Positions 1-11,700 of a stretch of DNA of 64,000 nucleotides are shown here, in pieces. The stretch's first letter is position 1. Every line of letters starts with the position of its first letter. Location: NCBI GenBank assembly GCA_020632265.1, contig JACKFW010000001.1, forward strand, positions 727,272 to 791,271, written 5' to 3'. Below the pieces are notes generated by a model. The model saw nothing but the letters and a program-made list of their open reading frames with translations, ran no database searches and was not told the origin of the DNA. Both the position numbers and the translations under genes were made by a program. This DNA comes from Pseudomonadales bacterium (lineage in GTDB: Bacteria; Patescibacteriota; Microgenomatia; UBA1400; PJMF01).

Positions 1-19
1 ATACTGTGCCGCAGAGGAC

Positions 20-2431
20 GTGATAATCAAACCAGAATATAATACAGATGAATTAATTCGTACATTTTTAAGACAATATCCTGGTGGCATAAGTCTTAAA
101 ACTGACTCAATTGAGCATCTTGAATTTGAAAACGCAAAATACCCAATTTGGCGAGATGTTTCAGACAAGAAGTTTTTACTTTCTTCTCTAGAAGAATATT
201 TTGGTTTTAAAGATGTTTACGAAACAGATCCAGCAATATCTGAAATCACTACAGCACCAATAAACTCACTTCTATCGCAAAAACAAGCTTGTGTCCAAGG
301 ATGGAAAGATTTGGTTGCACAAGAACTTACCTGCGAACACTTAGTTAAACCAGACGAGTGTGCCCTTTTCCCAAGACCAGTGCCAGGAACAAATTTCACC
401 ATCGCAACGATTCTAGCAGAATTGAAAAAATATGATCCATTTTATAGAGATGGCAGAGCTGCAAAAGGTTGTGAAGAACTTTTTACGCAATTAGATCCTC
501 AGTGGAAGAATTTAAGAATCGGACTAACCAACGTACCTACATATTTTGACCGTGCTTATAGATTTGGTTTTGTAGTTGCTGCTATTCATGCTAAAAAACC
601 TGTCCGGTCAGGAAATATTGCAACAAGAATTTTTAACTTTTTTACCAAAGAAACAGAATACGAAGAACCTAGAGATGAAGTTTTAGCTGCAGCTTTCAAA
701 TTGCCCGACATTGGAACAAATAAGGGCGGAGGAGAAGACACTGGACATCAATACTGGGACGATCCCCTAGATTTAACTCGTCAAGTATTAACAACCAAAC
801 AAAATCAATATTATCATGAGGAAAAATCAAGAGTTGTTAGAATTGATGATGCGGGAAATGAAATTACGGAGGGAACAGCACGTCCAGAGGTACGAAAATC
901 AATTTTAAAAAAATCCATCAAAGCAGAAATTCAAAGTGATCTGAGTAAAATATATTGTTATGATGGCATGTGGCCTAATGGATATGGAAGTCCGTCATGT
1001 AAAAATGCATTAATCAAAGCTTTAACCGACATTATAAATGGCAACGAGAATGGATGTGGAGAAGAAGAAGCAGTAAAAATTATTAGAGATATGGCAGGAT
1101 TTGCTGATCCCACCTTAAAATATGGTAAAGTTTTCACAAAAGATTATGGCGGACAAGTATTACTCTATCTATTTGGTGGCTCAATGTACAACTGGAATGG
1201 TGAATTCTTTAATCCACAAATCGCCAAAACAGATGTTAACGGAGTGCATCATTTAGACACAATATTCACTATTCGTCGAAACACTTACCCTCCTCTTGTA
1301 AATAACACAACAGTAGATTTTTATATCGTTTATCCAGTAGGCTTTGAATTAGCGGCCGTAGAAGAAGCGATGAAAGGAGCATTTTTTTCTCGCGAACAAA
1401 TCGGGGCAATGGATGCTGATCCAAGCATAGTCGATGGCTTTGAAATGACCGATCAAGTTCAGGCATTGGGTGGTGGGAGTGTAAATTGGGATTTTGTTGA
1501 TAAAGAAAAAACAGCTAGAGGCGAATGTGGAACAGACCCTCAAACACAGCAAAATTACCCTTGTGTAGAAAATGTAAACATTGTTATCACTCAAGATGAT
1601 GCGGGAATTGGAATTCTTGGAGCTAAGCTCGGATGGTGGCTTAGAAAAATTCAATTAACACTTAGTTCAAAAATTTCTTTTGCCCACGATTATTATCAAT
1701 CATGTAAAACAATGGAAGAATTCTTGCTTGGAAAATGCAAAGCCTTTAATGCAGACGGAAGTAATAACGGCGAAGATCCTCCAATTGATCCAATTGATCC
1801 ACCAATTAGTGACGAAAATTTATATTGTGTAGATTGGATCGGCCTAACTCCAGACCAAGTTAATACTTATAAACAAAGCATGAGAGCTTATCTAATGAGC
1901 TTTACTTATTCCACAGGAAGTCAAAAACCAGGATTTATCACCGAACTTGAATCACAAAATCACATTGATTGGACAGGCAGAACAATCCTCCCAGAAGAAA
2001 CAAATGGTTGGGAAGATTGGTATGGAGGAGGTAGAGCATTACTTTGGACTAAAAATCCTGCATGTGGAGGTCAAGTATGCTTTGACTACATTATGGATAT
2101 GTGTGGCAATAGAGGAGTTAATCCAGCAATCTGTATCGCTATGAGTATTACTGAAAGTGGTGGCCTAAATCACCTAAGATTTCCTGGATCCTATGACTTT
2201 GGTTGTAAAGCCGCAACTCCAAATGATATTCAATCTGGACTAGACTGTCTTTTAAATAATTTTTTCTTTAGTACTCGTCCTAGAGACGGCAAACTAATTC
2301 AAGACATGAACTTTAACGAAATGTGGTTACAATTTGCAGGCGAAGGCTTCGCATCGTCTAGCTATAGAAATCTTGAGAACATACTAAAAGCAGCTGGAGA
2401 AGTTGGTTATATTAACCAACCTTGTAACTAA
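20..2431 (+). CDS. Large hypothetical protein, probably 5'-partial (the ORF may continue upstream of the window). The C-terminal region has a Cys-rich segment with a possible lysozyme-like E-S motif (ITESGG). It is associated with the T4SS-like cluster.
   Basis: Uninterrupted 803-codon ORF from a GTG at 20, and the frame is open to the window edge. No recognisable family. The PIDPIDPP linker and ...AICIAMSITESGGLNHLRF... are seen in the translation. Confidence 0.5.
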   Translation: MIIKPEYNTDELIRTFLRQYPGGISLKTDSIEHLEFENAKYPIWRDVSDKKFLLSSLEEYFGFKDVYETDPAISEITTAPINSLLSQKQACVQGWKDLVAQELTCEHLVKPDECALFPRPVPGTNFTIATILAELKKYDPFYRDGRAAKGCEELFTQLDPQWKNLRIGLTNVPTYFDRAYRFGFVVAAIHAKKPVRSGNIATRIFNFFTKETEYEEPRDEVLAAAFKLPDIGTNKGGGEDTGHQYWDDPLDLTRQVLTTKQNQYYHEEKSRVVRIDDAGNEITEGTARPEVRKSILKKSIKAEIQSDLSKIYCYDGMWPNGYGSPSCKNALIKALTDIINGNENGCGEEEAVKIIRDMAGFADPTLKYGKVFTKDYGGQVLLYLFGGSMYNWNGEFFNPQIAKTDVNGVHHLDTIFTIRRNTYPPLVNNTTVDFYIVYPVGFELAAVEEAMKGAFFSREQIGAMDADPSIVDGFEMTDQVQALGGGSVNWDFVDKEKTARGECGTDPQTQQNYPCVENVNIVITQDDAGIGILGAKLGWWLRKIQLTLSSKISFAHDYYQSCKTMEEFLLGKCKAFNADGSNNGEDPPIDPIDPPISDENLYCVDWIGLTPDQVNTYKQSMRAYLMSFTYSTGSQKPGFITELESQNHIDWTGRTILPEETNGWEDWYGGGRALLWTKNPACGGQVCFDYIMDMCGNRGVNPAICIAMSITESGGLNHLRFPGSYDFGCKAATPNDIQSGLDCLLNNFFFSTRPRDGKLIQDMNFNEMWLQFAGEGFASSSYRNLENILKAAGEVGYINQPCN

Positions 2432-2473
2432 AAAAATTATTGATGTTCAATTCTCGGTTAATCGCAAATAATA

Positions 2474-3592
2474 TCAGCCTCCAGATGGACTAAAACCGCT
2501 CGGGTTGTATTTTAAATCACCAGGCTTAATGTTTTTTGTTTTGGCGCTTCCCAATTTCTTATCTACCTTTTTTGAAACCTTAGGCTTTGTTGCCTGATTG
2601 TTTCTATTAAGTTGGTTTTTACGTTTTGCTGAATAGGACTTAGTTTTTTGTTTTTTTTGTTTATGAACAGCTTTTTGATCGTTGCTCCTTGGATTTTCAA
2701 TTTTTGAAAATACTTTCTGTTCGTTTCTTTCAGTTTGATTTTTCAATTTATCAAGTTCTGAAAATTGCTGAAAATTTTCTTGACCTTTATTATCACGATT
2801 GTTATTTTCTTGATCATTATCTTCTTGATCATCTTTAAAAATTCTTCGAGCTCCTGCTCTCATCAATTTTGAAATAACTTCGAAAGTATCGGCTGTTGCC
2901 GTATATGATTTAAAACCATTCGTTTCTTCGTCAATTCCTTTAAGTAAATTTGTGGCAGAATCTTGATCAATTGGAATTTCCAAATCATTTAATATTTGAG
3001 CCACAAATTCGCTAAAGCACGAAGTTCCCAAGATATCATACTTTAAATTACCAAAATCAGTTTCATAAGAATTCAAGCTTACTAAAGCCGTGCTATTAAA
3101 TAAGTTTTCGTATCCAAAATATAGTTTGCCCAAAGATTCTAAGTCATCTACACCCATGAGAATTATCATATCTGCGTGAGCGCCAGTGTATGAAAATTCT
3201 ACATTTTCACTTGAAAGCGGTTGAAAGCCCTTATTAGGTTTTATGGTTAAATAAAATTTTTTTGTTTCTTCATTAATATGATAAGAAACTTTATCTATTG
3301 ATTCTTCTTGATAGTCCAAGCTTATACAAAGATCTTCGTGTCCCATCTCTGTTTGAAGTTCGCTCACGTATAAAATGTCTTTTTCAAGTTTTGAAAAATC
3401 AACAGGACACAATAACTTTACGCTCTTTTTTGTATTAACTTTTAGAGTTGCATAAAGTGAAGTTGCGGCAAACAATTGGTCTCTAATTGAATCATTAGCA
3501 CAAATAATTAATATCGACTCACTGCGAATAAAAAGCTCTTTAAATAACTCAAGTTTACGTTTATCTATCATTAATGTGTCTTTCTGTATCAA
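2474..3592 (-). CDS. Hypothetical protein with a strongly basic Lys-rich C-terminal tail
   Basis: 372-aa ORF. The acidic/basic low-complexity C-terminus (KQKKQKTKSYSAKRKNQ...) suggests nucleic-acid binding. The N-terminal half has weak, unconfirmed resemblance to DHH-type folds. Confidence 0.45.
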   Translation of the reverse strand: MIQKDTLMIDKRKLELFKELFIRSESILIICANDSIRDQLFAATSLYATLKVNTKKSVKLLCPVDFSKLEKDILYVSELQTEMGHEDLCISLDYQEESIDKVSYHINEETKKFYLTIKPNKGFQPLSSENVEFSYTGAHADMIILMGVDDLESLGKLYFGYENLFNSTALVSLNSYETDFGNLKYDILGTSCFSEFVAQILNDLEIPIDQDSATNLLKGIDEETNGFKSYTATADTFEVISKLMRAGARRIFKDDQEDNDQENNNRDNKGQENFQQFSELDKLKNQTERNEQKVFSKIENPRSNDQKAVHKQKKQKTKSYSAKRKNQLNRNNQATKPKVSKKVDKKLGSAKTKNIKPGDLKYNPSGFSPSGG

Positions 3593-3646
3593 TTATATAC
3601 CAATATTGCTATACTTGAATATTCATTTTTTGCTATAATTAATGAT

Positions 3647-5446
3647 ATGGCTAAAAAAGCCCTACTTTTTCTGGTTACAACTTTCTCACTATTATTTTTT
3701 GCTGCCAAAAACACCAGTGCTCAAGAAACTCCTGCGTGGGGACCTAGTTATGATGAAGCACAAATGAATGCTTATCGCGATGCCATAGAACTCGATAACT
3801 GCGCCACTCCATCGCTCGAATGCTTGGTGCACCAAACCTCTAGATTTGTGGCTATCGAATGGGTCAATGATATTCTCTATCCTGAAAGACCATTTAAGCC
3901 TAATTCTGGCGTAGCCGCTGGAAACGGAACTCAGGTTGTAAGAAGCAGAGGTTTTATCGGTGGCATGGCCTATCTTATGGGAGAAATGTATCGATATCCA
4001 GCTGCAAGAACATCCGTTTATGTAGCCGACTTACTAGAAAATGCTCATATTATTACCCCTGCCTATGCTCAAGGTCTCGGCTTTGCATCTCTTAATCCGG
4101 TGTTAGAACTATGGAAAGTCTTTAGAAATGTTGCTTACATGCTGTTTGTACTCATTTTTATAATTCTTGGATTTATGATTATGTTTAGACAAAAAATTAG
4201 TGGACAATCTGCGGTTACTGCACAACAGGCAATTCCAAGTGTAATCACTAGCTTAATATTTGTTACCTTTTCTTATGCCATTGCTGGATTTTTAATTGAC
4301 ATGATGTATTTACTTATGTTTATGATTATTGGCGTTTTTGGTCAAACAGGTCCTGGTTTGGATGGCGGAATTATTGATTTTAATATTTTAGACTTAATGG
4401 GAAGATTGTTCAAAGATGTGAGTGGATTTGATAGTAATGTTGATATTGTTTCAAACCTCTTTTCTTCCCTAGTTGAAAGTCAAGCTCTAGGAAATGTCCT
4501 AGGAGTAATCGGCGGACTTACACTATCACTTGTTTTAGCTGTCGCAATTTTAATTGGCACCTTCAAACTCTTTTTTGAATTGTTAAAATCATACGCCTCT
4601 GTTATTTTGTCAGTTGTAACTGCTCCAATTGTGTTATTGGCAGGAGCTTTTCCTGGCAACAATAAGTTTGGACCATGGATTAAAAATCTCATTGCTAATC
4701 TTTCGGCCTTTCCAACGGTTTTAATGGTAATTATTTTGTTTTACCAATTTACTAGCAAAACAACTGGCGCAGATACAACTGGTGGATTTATCCCTCCTTT
4801 TCTACTGGGAAGAGGTCAAGCTGGAGCAATTACTACTCTAATGGGACTGGCAATTATTTTAGCTTTACCAGAAATTGTTAAAGATGTTAAAAAGAAACTC
4901 GGCGCAACTGAAGGATTCGGCTCAATGATTGCTAGTGCTGCTGGGGCAAGGGCTAAAGAAGGAGTTCCTCTCGGTGGAAGAGTCAGCATGGGCGCATTTG
5001 GCGGAGCAGCTGGTGGAGCTCTTGGAACTCTTGGAGGCGGAGTTGAAGGATTTTATAGAGGTGCTCAAAAAGCTGGAACTCTTGCAGCTAGAGGACAAAT
5101 TGGCAAAGCAGGTCGCGTATTAGTTAGAAATACTGTTGGTGGAGCATTTATGGGAAATGAAAGAATAAAGAAAGATAAGGATGGAAATGTAATGAGAGAT
5201 GAAAGTGGAAAACCAATAACATACAATGTTGGAGGACTTTTTAGAGGCGCTAGAAGAGGTGTTGGATTAGGAATAAGAACAACTTCTGAGGTTGCAAGTA
5301 AGTCCGGAATAAGACAGCCTGATTATTTAAATCCAATAACGGGAGCAATAGATAAACTCGACCCAAAAACATCTGAAAAAGAAAAATCGAGACAAGAGTG
5401 GGAAGATAGATTTGACGCACTTAGGCGCCAAGGCAGAGGCGGATAA
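3647..5446 (+). CDS. Secreted/polytopic membrane protein; VirB6/TrbL-like T4SS channel component candidate
   Basis: N-terminal signal peptide (MAKKALLFLVTTFSLLFFAAKNTSAQE), then 6 or more hydrophobic helices, then a Gly/Ala-rich C-terminal tail. It sits inside the cluster with the VirB4-like ATPase. Confidence 0.45.
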   Translation: MAKKALLFLVTTFSLLFFAAKNTSAQETPAWGPSYDEAQMNAYRDAIELDNCATPSLECLVHQTSRFVAIEWVNDILYPERPFKPNSGVAAGNGTQVVRSRGFIGGMAYLMGEMYRYPAARTSVYVADLLENAHIITPAYAQGLGFASLNPVLELWKVFRNVAYMLFVLIFIILGFMIMFRQKISGQSAVTAQQAIPSVITSLIFVTFSYAIAGFLIDMMYLLMFMIIGVFGQTGPGLDGGIIDFNILDLMGRLFKDVSGFDSNVDIVSNLFSSLVESQALGNVLGVIGGLTLSLVLAVAILIGTFKLFFELLKSYASVILSVVTAPIVLLAGAFPGNNKFGPWIKNLIANLSAFPTVLMVIILFYQFTSKTTGADTTGGFIPPFLLGRGQAGAITTLMGLAIILALPEIVKDVKKKLGATEGFGSMIASAAGARAKEGVPLGGRVSMGAFGGAAGGALGTLGGGVEGFYRGAQKAGTLAARGQIGKAGRVLVRNTVGGAFMGNERIKKDKDGNVMRDESGKPITYNVGGLFRGARRGVGLGIRTTSEVASKSGIRQPDYLNPITGAIDKLDPKTSEKEKSRQEWEDRFDALRRQGRGG

Positions 5447-5580
5447 GAACACTTATTTTCAGTTTAATAATACAGCTTATTGGATTAAACTTTACACTAA
5501 AGCAGCGCTATAAAAGTTTGTTGCAAACTTAAGTTTGAAAATTTGTTCCATATATTCTCAATTGAAAAAGTAAGCAGTTT

Positions 5581-8500
5581 TTATTTATCCTTTGGATCAG
5601 CGGCAAGATTTTTTGGTCTTGCGTAAATTTCAATAGCCTGAAAGAATTCATGATTTCTAAGTCTCTTAACTATGTTCTCAATATCATTGGTATCGAGCGT
5701 GTTGTCGAAAAACGCTCCCCAATAAGTAAACTTATCAAGAAAACCCCTTGACTGTTCTTTAATAAGATTGCTAAGTCGACCACCCCCACTCACTATGGCA
5801 GGTCCCTCTTCAATTTCATCAAACACCGTGCCGCAAAGATCTAGTCTAGTTGCAACGGCTTCAGGAGTCGTACCCGGCTCAGTATCTACCAAGTGCTGAG
5901 GAAGTGTTTTTGAACTTCTTAGCATTGGAGAAACAATGTGAACGAACCTAGAAAGACTACTTTTTCCTCTTTCAGCAAGTCTCTTGGGATTAAAGTAGTG
6001 TATACCTTCCTGAGCAATTTCTCCAGCAACTAAATCCTTATAAGAATTATAGAGTTTCTTTAGGTAAACGAGCATTAATAGTTGTATATATGGTGTAAAA
6101 AGCTCATCTTCCTTGGTGTTAATAACTCCAAATATTCCTTTCATCATCTTAGCTTTAGCTATCATTTCTCCAACATGAGTGTCAACATCATCGATGTGCT
6201 TCAATGGTCGAAACTCTTTGTGAACAAAATCATAAAATGCTTTTATATTTGTCATAAGGTCATTATATTCTTCCAGCGTCGGCCTATATAAAAGCTTTTT
6301 ACCATCAAACTCACCAGTAACTATTTGATAAAAGCTAGGAAGTATTTGCAAATGAGGTTTTAGTTGAACCTTGCCAAATTCCACAGGAGATAAAAAGGTT
6401 CTCAGGACCTCCTCAATTTGTCTCGAAAGCACAATATTTTCTCTATTTTTACAATTTGCGGGCAAAATAAACTTTGTGTTTGGTTTCATTTCCATTTCAT
6501 AACCCACTTGCCTAGTTGGCAGATTTACAACAGTATTTGTACTATCCCATCCCACTCTTTCTTGAGGTGTGGTAGATTCAACCGTTGGTAAAGAAAATAA
6601 AAATGGTTGTAAATTTCTATCTATAAATGTTGAGGATTGAACATTATATAAATGCTGAGCTTCTGGCGCAATAACATCTAAATCTTCAAAGTCTTGAATT
6701 CCTGGTATTGGTGAAACTGTATACGCAGCAAAGTTTACAATTAAGTGTTGCTTTCTCATTTCAGACAAAGGTATAAACAAACTGAATGCATCTAAAACAA
6801 ATGAGGGCATCTTTGTTAGCTCCGGAAACTCAGCGGCCAGTCTTTCTTCGATTCTTGGAATTGGATCGCCGTTTACATCAGTTTCTCCACGAAGAGGATT
6901 TCCGTTAATGGCATAAGTAAAAGTTTTTACGTTTCCTATGTCATCTAATTTTTCCCAACTGACTGTTTTAAAATATTCCTCAAGTTTTTTTACCAATTCT
7001 TGCACGTTTATTGTGTGAGGATCGCCTTCAGAATCTTCGAAAGTTACATCGCCTAAGTTATAAAAAGCTATTAATTCCTGAGTATTAAAAAACAATCTCA
7101 TTGCAAATCTTGCCTCGCTAGTAGAGCGGGCGTACATTAAGGTATCACCCACATTTTTAGTCGTATTTGGATTGTAACCATCTCTAAACCTAAAATATAA
7201 ATCCATCAAGCGCTTAAACTCAGGAGATTGATGCTCTGTAAGATTTCTAAGTCTTTCAACATTTGGGGAAATAATTGTTTGCTGAGTAGAGTTAACAGAT
7301 GCTAAATAATTTTTATCCAATGCTTCAATCTGCTTTTCAATTTCAATCATTGAATTTTGAATTTGCGCTCTCAATTCTTTTAACTTTGTGAGAGCCATTG
7401 AATATTCCCCAACGCTTGAGTCTGCTCCAAAAATTCTTGCTCTAATTGCCTCAACTCTTGGAGGAGTTTTAAGTGATTTCGCTTTTATGTCGGTGGCAAG
7501 GGAGTTAAATTCGTCTTCTAAATCTTTAATTATCTTATCAACTTGACGAACGTTGTTTGCTTTAAAGCTAGTTGCTAATATAATTTTAATTAATTCTTCT
7601 AACTTCTTTACTTTTATCTGATATTCCTGAATTGTAAGTTCTTCAGCAGCAAAAGCTGCTTCTCCCTGAACTCTTTCTAGTTTTTCAAAAATACCTTGAC
7701 GAACAGCGCCTAGAATTGTTTTTGCTTTAGCAATTTCATCTTCAGTTTTTTTGATTGAAACAGACTTATCTCCAAACTTTGGCAAATCTTCTGTATAAAG
7801 ATCTATCTCAATTAATAAATTTTCCAAATCTGCTACGGAAGTAGTTGTTGTTAATCTTGTTTTAAAATCATTCGACTTGTCTGAAATATTTTTTTCAAAA
7901 GCTTTTTTCCAATCTTCAAACTTTTTATTATCAATCTCTTCAGCTCTCTTTTTAAGTTCCCTTTGTAAGTCTAAAGCAGGCTTAAAATATATGTTGTGTA
8001 TTGCCTCATCTCTTCTAAATGCAACCAATGCATCAACTCTAGGATCATTTTTATAAACTTCTCTAATTGCTCTAGCTCTTTCAAGAGCTTGATCAATTGT
8101 TTGAATTAAGTTTGTAGTTGATCCATCTGCCATCCCAACTTCTCTTGGATCCAAAGCGGGGTCGCTCAAAACATTTTTGTGGTCTGCAACTAATTTAAAA
8201 AGCGAAACAAATTCGGCAGGATGAGTATCATAAGAAGCGTCCCATTTTTCCCCTACTTCTTCTACTTCTGCTTTTTCTGCCACATCTTTAACAGATTCCT
8301 TTTTTTTCTGTAAGCGTTTTCTTAATTTATCTAATAAATTATTGAAGTTTTCAAAAGATCTATCATGATGCTCTGCCATAGCGACTTCAATAGAATCATC
8401 AAGTTTTTCAAGCTCTTGTTCTATTAAAGCAATTTCATCTGAGACAATCGAGTCATCAAGACCCCTGAGTTTTAGAACTATTTGATTTCTTTCTGCAACA

Positions 8501-8685
8501 AATCTATCTTTCCACCTATCAAACGGTGACACCTCAACTTCTGCAGTCGCTTCAGCATCAACGGGCACGCCAACTGTTTCTGCGGCTACCTCTGGAGGTG
8601 TTCCGGCGTCATCACCGCCCTCATTTGGCTTTCCCAAAACTTCATCTTTACCTGGATTTTCACCTTGTGTTTCTAATTCGGTCAT
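5581..8685 (-). CDS. Large (1034 aa) acidic, coiled-coil-rich cytoplasmic hypothetical protein
   Basis: Long intact ORF with no signal peptide or TM segment. It has a Glu/Lys-rich heptad-like central region. No nucleotide-binding or HUH motifs were seen. Confidence 0.5.
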   Translation of the reverse strand: MTELETQGENPGKDEVLGKPNEGGDDAGTPPEVAAETVGVPVDAEATAEVEVSPFDRWKDRFVAERNQIVLKLRGLDDSIVSDEIALIEQELEKLDDSIEVAMAEHHDRSFENFNNLLDKLRKRLQKKKESVKDVAEKAEVEEVGEKWDASYDTHPAEFVSLFKLVADHKNVLSDPALDPREVGMADGSTTNLIQTIDQALERARAIREVYKNDPRVDALVAFRRDEAIHNIYFKPALDLQRELKKRAEEIDNKKFEDWKKAFEKNISDKSNDFKTRLTTTTSVADLENLLIEIDLYTEDLPKFGDKSVSIKKTEDEIAKAKTILGAVRQGIFEKLERVQGEAAFAAEELTIQEYQIKVKKLEELIKIILATSFKANNVRQVDKIIKDLEDEFNSLATDIKAKSLKTPPRVEAIRARIFGADSSVGEYSMALTKLKELRAQIQNSMIEIEKQIEALDKNYLASVNSTQQTIISPNVERLRNLTEHQSPEFKRLMDLYFRFRDGYNPNTTKNVGDTLMYARSTSEARFAMRLFFNTQELIAFYNLGDVTFEDSEGDPHTINVQELVKKLEEYFKTVSWEKLDDIGNVKTFTYAINGNPLRGETDVNGDPIPRIEERLAAEFPELTKMPSFVLDAFSLFIPLSEMRKQHLIVNFAAYTVSPIPGIQDFEDLDVIAPEAQHLYNVQSSTFIDRNLQPFLFSLPTVESTTPQERVGWDSTNTVVNLPTRQVGYEMEMKPNTKFILPANCKNRENIVLSRQIEEVLRTFLSPVEFGKVQLKPHLQILPSFYQIVTGEFDGKKLLYRPTLEEYNDLMTNIKAFYDFVHKEFRPLKHIDDVDTHVGEMIAKAKMMKGIFGVINTKEDELFTPYIQLLMLVYLKKLYNSYKDLVAGEIAQEGIHYFNPKRLAERGKSSLSRFVHIVSPMLRSSKTLPQHLVDTEPGTTPEAVATRLDLCGTVFDEIEEGPAIVSGGGRLSNLIKEQSRGFLDKFTYWGAFFDNTLDTNDIENIVKRLRNHEFFQAIEIYARPKNLAADPKDK

Positions 8686-8787
8686 ATCTAGAATATTATA
8701 TCATTTTTGAGAAACAAATTGCCATACTCTATAATTAAATCCAACATCTTCTAGTAAATTGCTTCTTACAAAAGGTATAATCATTTT

Positions 8788-11700
8788 GTGGCTGATGAAA
8801 AACAAAAATACCAATTTAGACGTAGATTGGACAATATTCAAGATATTGTTTATGGAATTAACGCTGGTGACTCCGCTAAAATTGCAAATTTTGTTGAATC
8901 CCTAAGAAATGTCTCTGTCGAGGAAATATTTACTCAACCGGTAACATCTATAAATATTGGAAACAACCTTACTCTTCTTTCCACAAATCTTAAAACCCTC
9001 GAAAGTGGATTTGGAGCAATTGAGTTAAACCGATTTTATACATATCTTTTTCCTAGCGATCTAGTGAGAGCTCTTTCAAATATTGCAGCAATATTGGTAG
9101 AAAAAGATTCAAGGCTTAGTGAGTATGCAAAAGGAGAATTGCACCTTGTAAAAAAATGGGGTAATTTTGACACTGGATATAAAACTATCGATGAAGTTGA
9201 ATTTCTAAATCATTTTACAGAAGCTCAAGCCTTATTACAATCAGTTATTAGCGCCTTTGACGCAAACAGGGATTTTTTAAAAAGTAAAAACAAGTATGAA
9301 AACACTCTCAGCGACAAAGACTTAAAAAAACTAGTTGATGAATTAGCCAAGCAGGAAGAAGAAAAGAAAAAGGCTGAAGAAACTGCTCGGGTGGCCGAAG
9401 ATGAAGAACTACCTGGGGGATCGCCGGGAGGAGCACTTAGCGAAAGCGCGTCTCAATCAGTTGCTCCAATACCAATCTCTATTCCGAGCGCAGATCAAAC
9501 ATCACCGAGTGCATCCGTATCTCCCTCAACAACTCAAGGATCGACGTCTGGACCAACCAACCCCCTCACTCAAAAACAAAGACAGCAAATCCAATATGAA
9601 GTTGGTTGGATGTATAACCGAGCAGTTTATGAAATGTTTACTGCCTATGGGATCGAGACCAGCTTAGTCAATCAAGCACTTTTAGAAGGATTAAGAACTG
9701 ATATTTTCAAGTTCACTCTAGAAATGGATCAAAAAGATCTGGCTCTTATGTTTGGGAGCGCTTCAAAAAGACAAGCAGCACTTCTAAAGTTTTATCCTCG
9801 ATTTGGCAGCGACAACACAGTTCAACTTCAAGATTTTTATTCAAAAATTGTCAACGACCCAATGTATGCAGACCTAAGTGAAAAACAAAAAGAAAATTTC
9901 AGAGACTTTCACGTCACTCTAATTTCTGGACGAGCAATTAAAATTATTCCTCCTGCAGAGCTTTTTCGTGAATCAATAAATAACATTTTAAATTCTGACA
10001 GCCCTGTTTTAAATAAAAATATTCAAAATACCCTCGATGCCCTAGTGTTTCAATACGGAAAGGAACAAGATTTTTTTGTAATTGACCCCAACACCGGAGA
10101 GCTTACGATCAAATCCTCTAAATCAAAAGACGAAGCAATCAGGGATATGGAGGCAATTATCGAGGGAATGAGTGCAAAAAAACTCGCGCTAATCTTTGGA
10201 ATTCCAGAAAATATCTCTATATCAGATCAGCAACTAAAAAAACTCAAATCATCACTAATAAACTATTCCACTTTCAGAGTTTCAGAGCTTACCCTTAGCA
10301 TTCAAGACACCTCTCTTACGCGCGGACTAATGCGAGTTGACGCCGAGGAAGAAGAAAAACTTATAAGAAATGACTCTGAAACCAACGCAACTCACCTAGG
10401 ATTTACTGCCGGAACAAGGGCTGCGATCGAAAAAAATGGAGCCGAAACTGTCGTCGGTGGAATGGAAGAAAAAAATAACAGCAAACGCAAAGCAAAAATT
10501 GATAAAATTGCCAAGCAATACAAAACCTTCGTTCCGTTGTGGAATAATTTACAACCAAATGAACAAAGAATAGTTTATGAAAAATTTGGAATAGCATATG
10601 ATAAAAATGCCAACAAAGACACAAAACTTCAATTTATTCCAGAATTTCTATTTTTCGATGTTTCAAATCTTAAAACTTATAAAAATATTGGCAACACAGC
10701 CCAAAAAGCATCGAGCGAAGGCGTCAGCGAACTTACTCCTGAAGAAATGGTGTTATTCGAATTTTATGAAATAAATCAAAATCTTTCAAGCGAACAAAAC
10801 TATCGACAGTATGTGGCTGACTCATATCTTTATTATTCTGGAGATGAAAATGCGCTTTTAATTGCAGATTATCTTGTAGCGGGCGCTGCCCTTGCCGCAT
10901 ATCCCGACGCAGCTTTTTTTGACGATTACTCTCCTCGCGAAATCATGGAAGCAGATTACAATCTGCAAAACTCAAATTATCAGCTTTCAACTAAAAACAG
11001 ACCGCTAAAAAAAGTAAAAAGATTAAGAGACAGGGTTAAAAATTCAAAAATTTACAAGAAAGTTGCTAATAGATTTAAAAAATATACTAAAAAGAAACTA
11101 GATCCAACCAAAAAATTATTAAAGACATTTATAGACTCTTCAATATCAACTGCAGTCAAAGGTGTGTCTTTATTATTAAGCGAGATTCCAGGGGCTTCAA
11201 TAATTTTACCTCTTTTATACAAAGTTGCCAAAAAGATTGGCTTTAAAAAGATTATTGCTATTACAGGAATTTTGTTAGCAATGCTTATTAGAAACATTAT
11301 TTATCTACTTTCTTCTGTTGGAGGTTTAATTGGAGGAATCATTGGAGGTACGCTGGGATTTATGGCCGGAGGAGGAATCGGAGCTATTCCAGGCACTATT
11401 GCTGGTGCCAAAATTGGACAAGCAATTGAGAGCGCAATCTCTTCCAAATTTTCAACCTCACAAGCAACTACCCTAGGAGCTACCAATGCAACAACGGGAA
11501 CTATCGCTAACACTGCGGCCAATACAGCAATTCGTGCATCAGCAACTCAAACAGGTCTGCTTGCAAATGCCGCTGCTTCAAGTGGAGTTTTCTTTGGCTT
11601 ACCAATTTCCTTGCTTGCCCCCAGCGGAGCAATGATTATTGGGGTTATGGTCACAATATATACAATTACAACAATCCAAAGTGCTTTTCTAATACCTCTT

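Noticed and set aside
2101-2230. Lytic-transglycosylase (SLT/GH23) domain call for the C-terminus of ORF 20..2431 based on ITESGG
   Set aside because: Only the E-S dipeptide context matches and the downstream GLMQ-type motif is absent, so it cannot be supported without an HMM or structural comparison. It is mentioned only as a weak possibility in the feature note.
5514-5530. Short palindrome AAGTTTG-ttg-CAAACTT between convergent genes 3647..5446 and 5581..8685 as a terminator
   Set aside because: A 7-bp AT-rich stem with a 3-nt loop and no flanking T-run is too weak to call. It may simply be an AT-rich palindrome.
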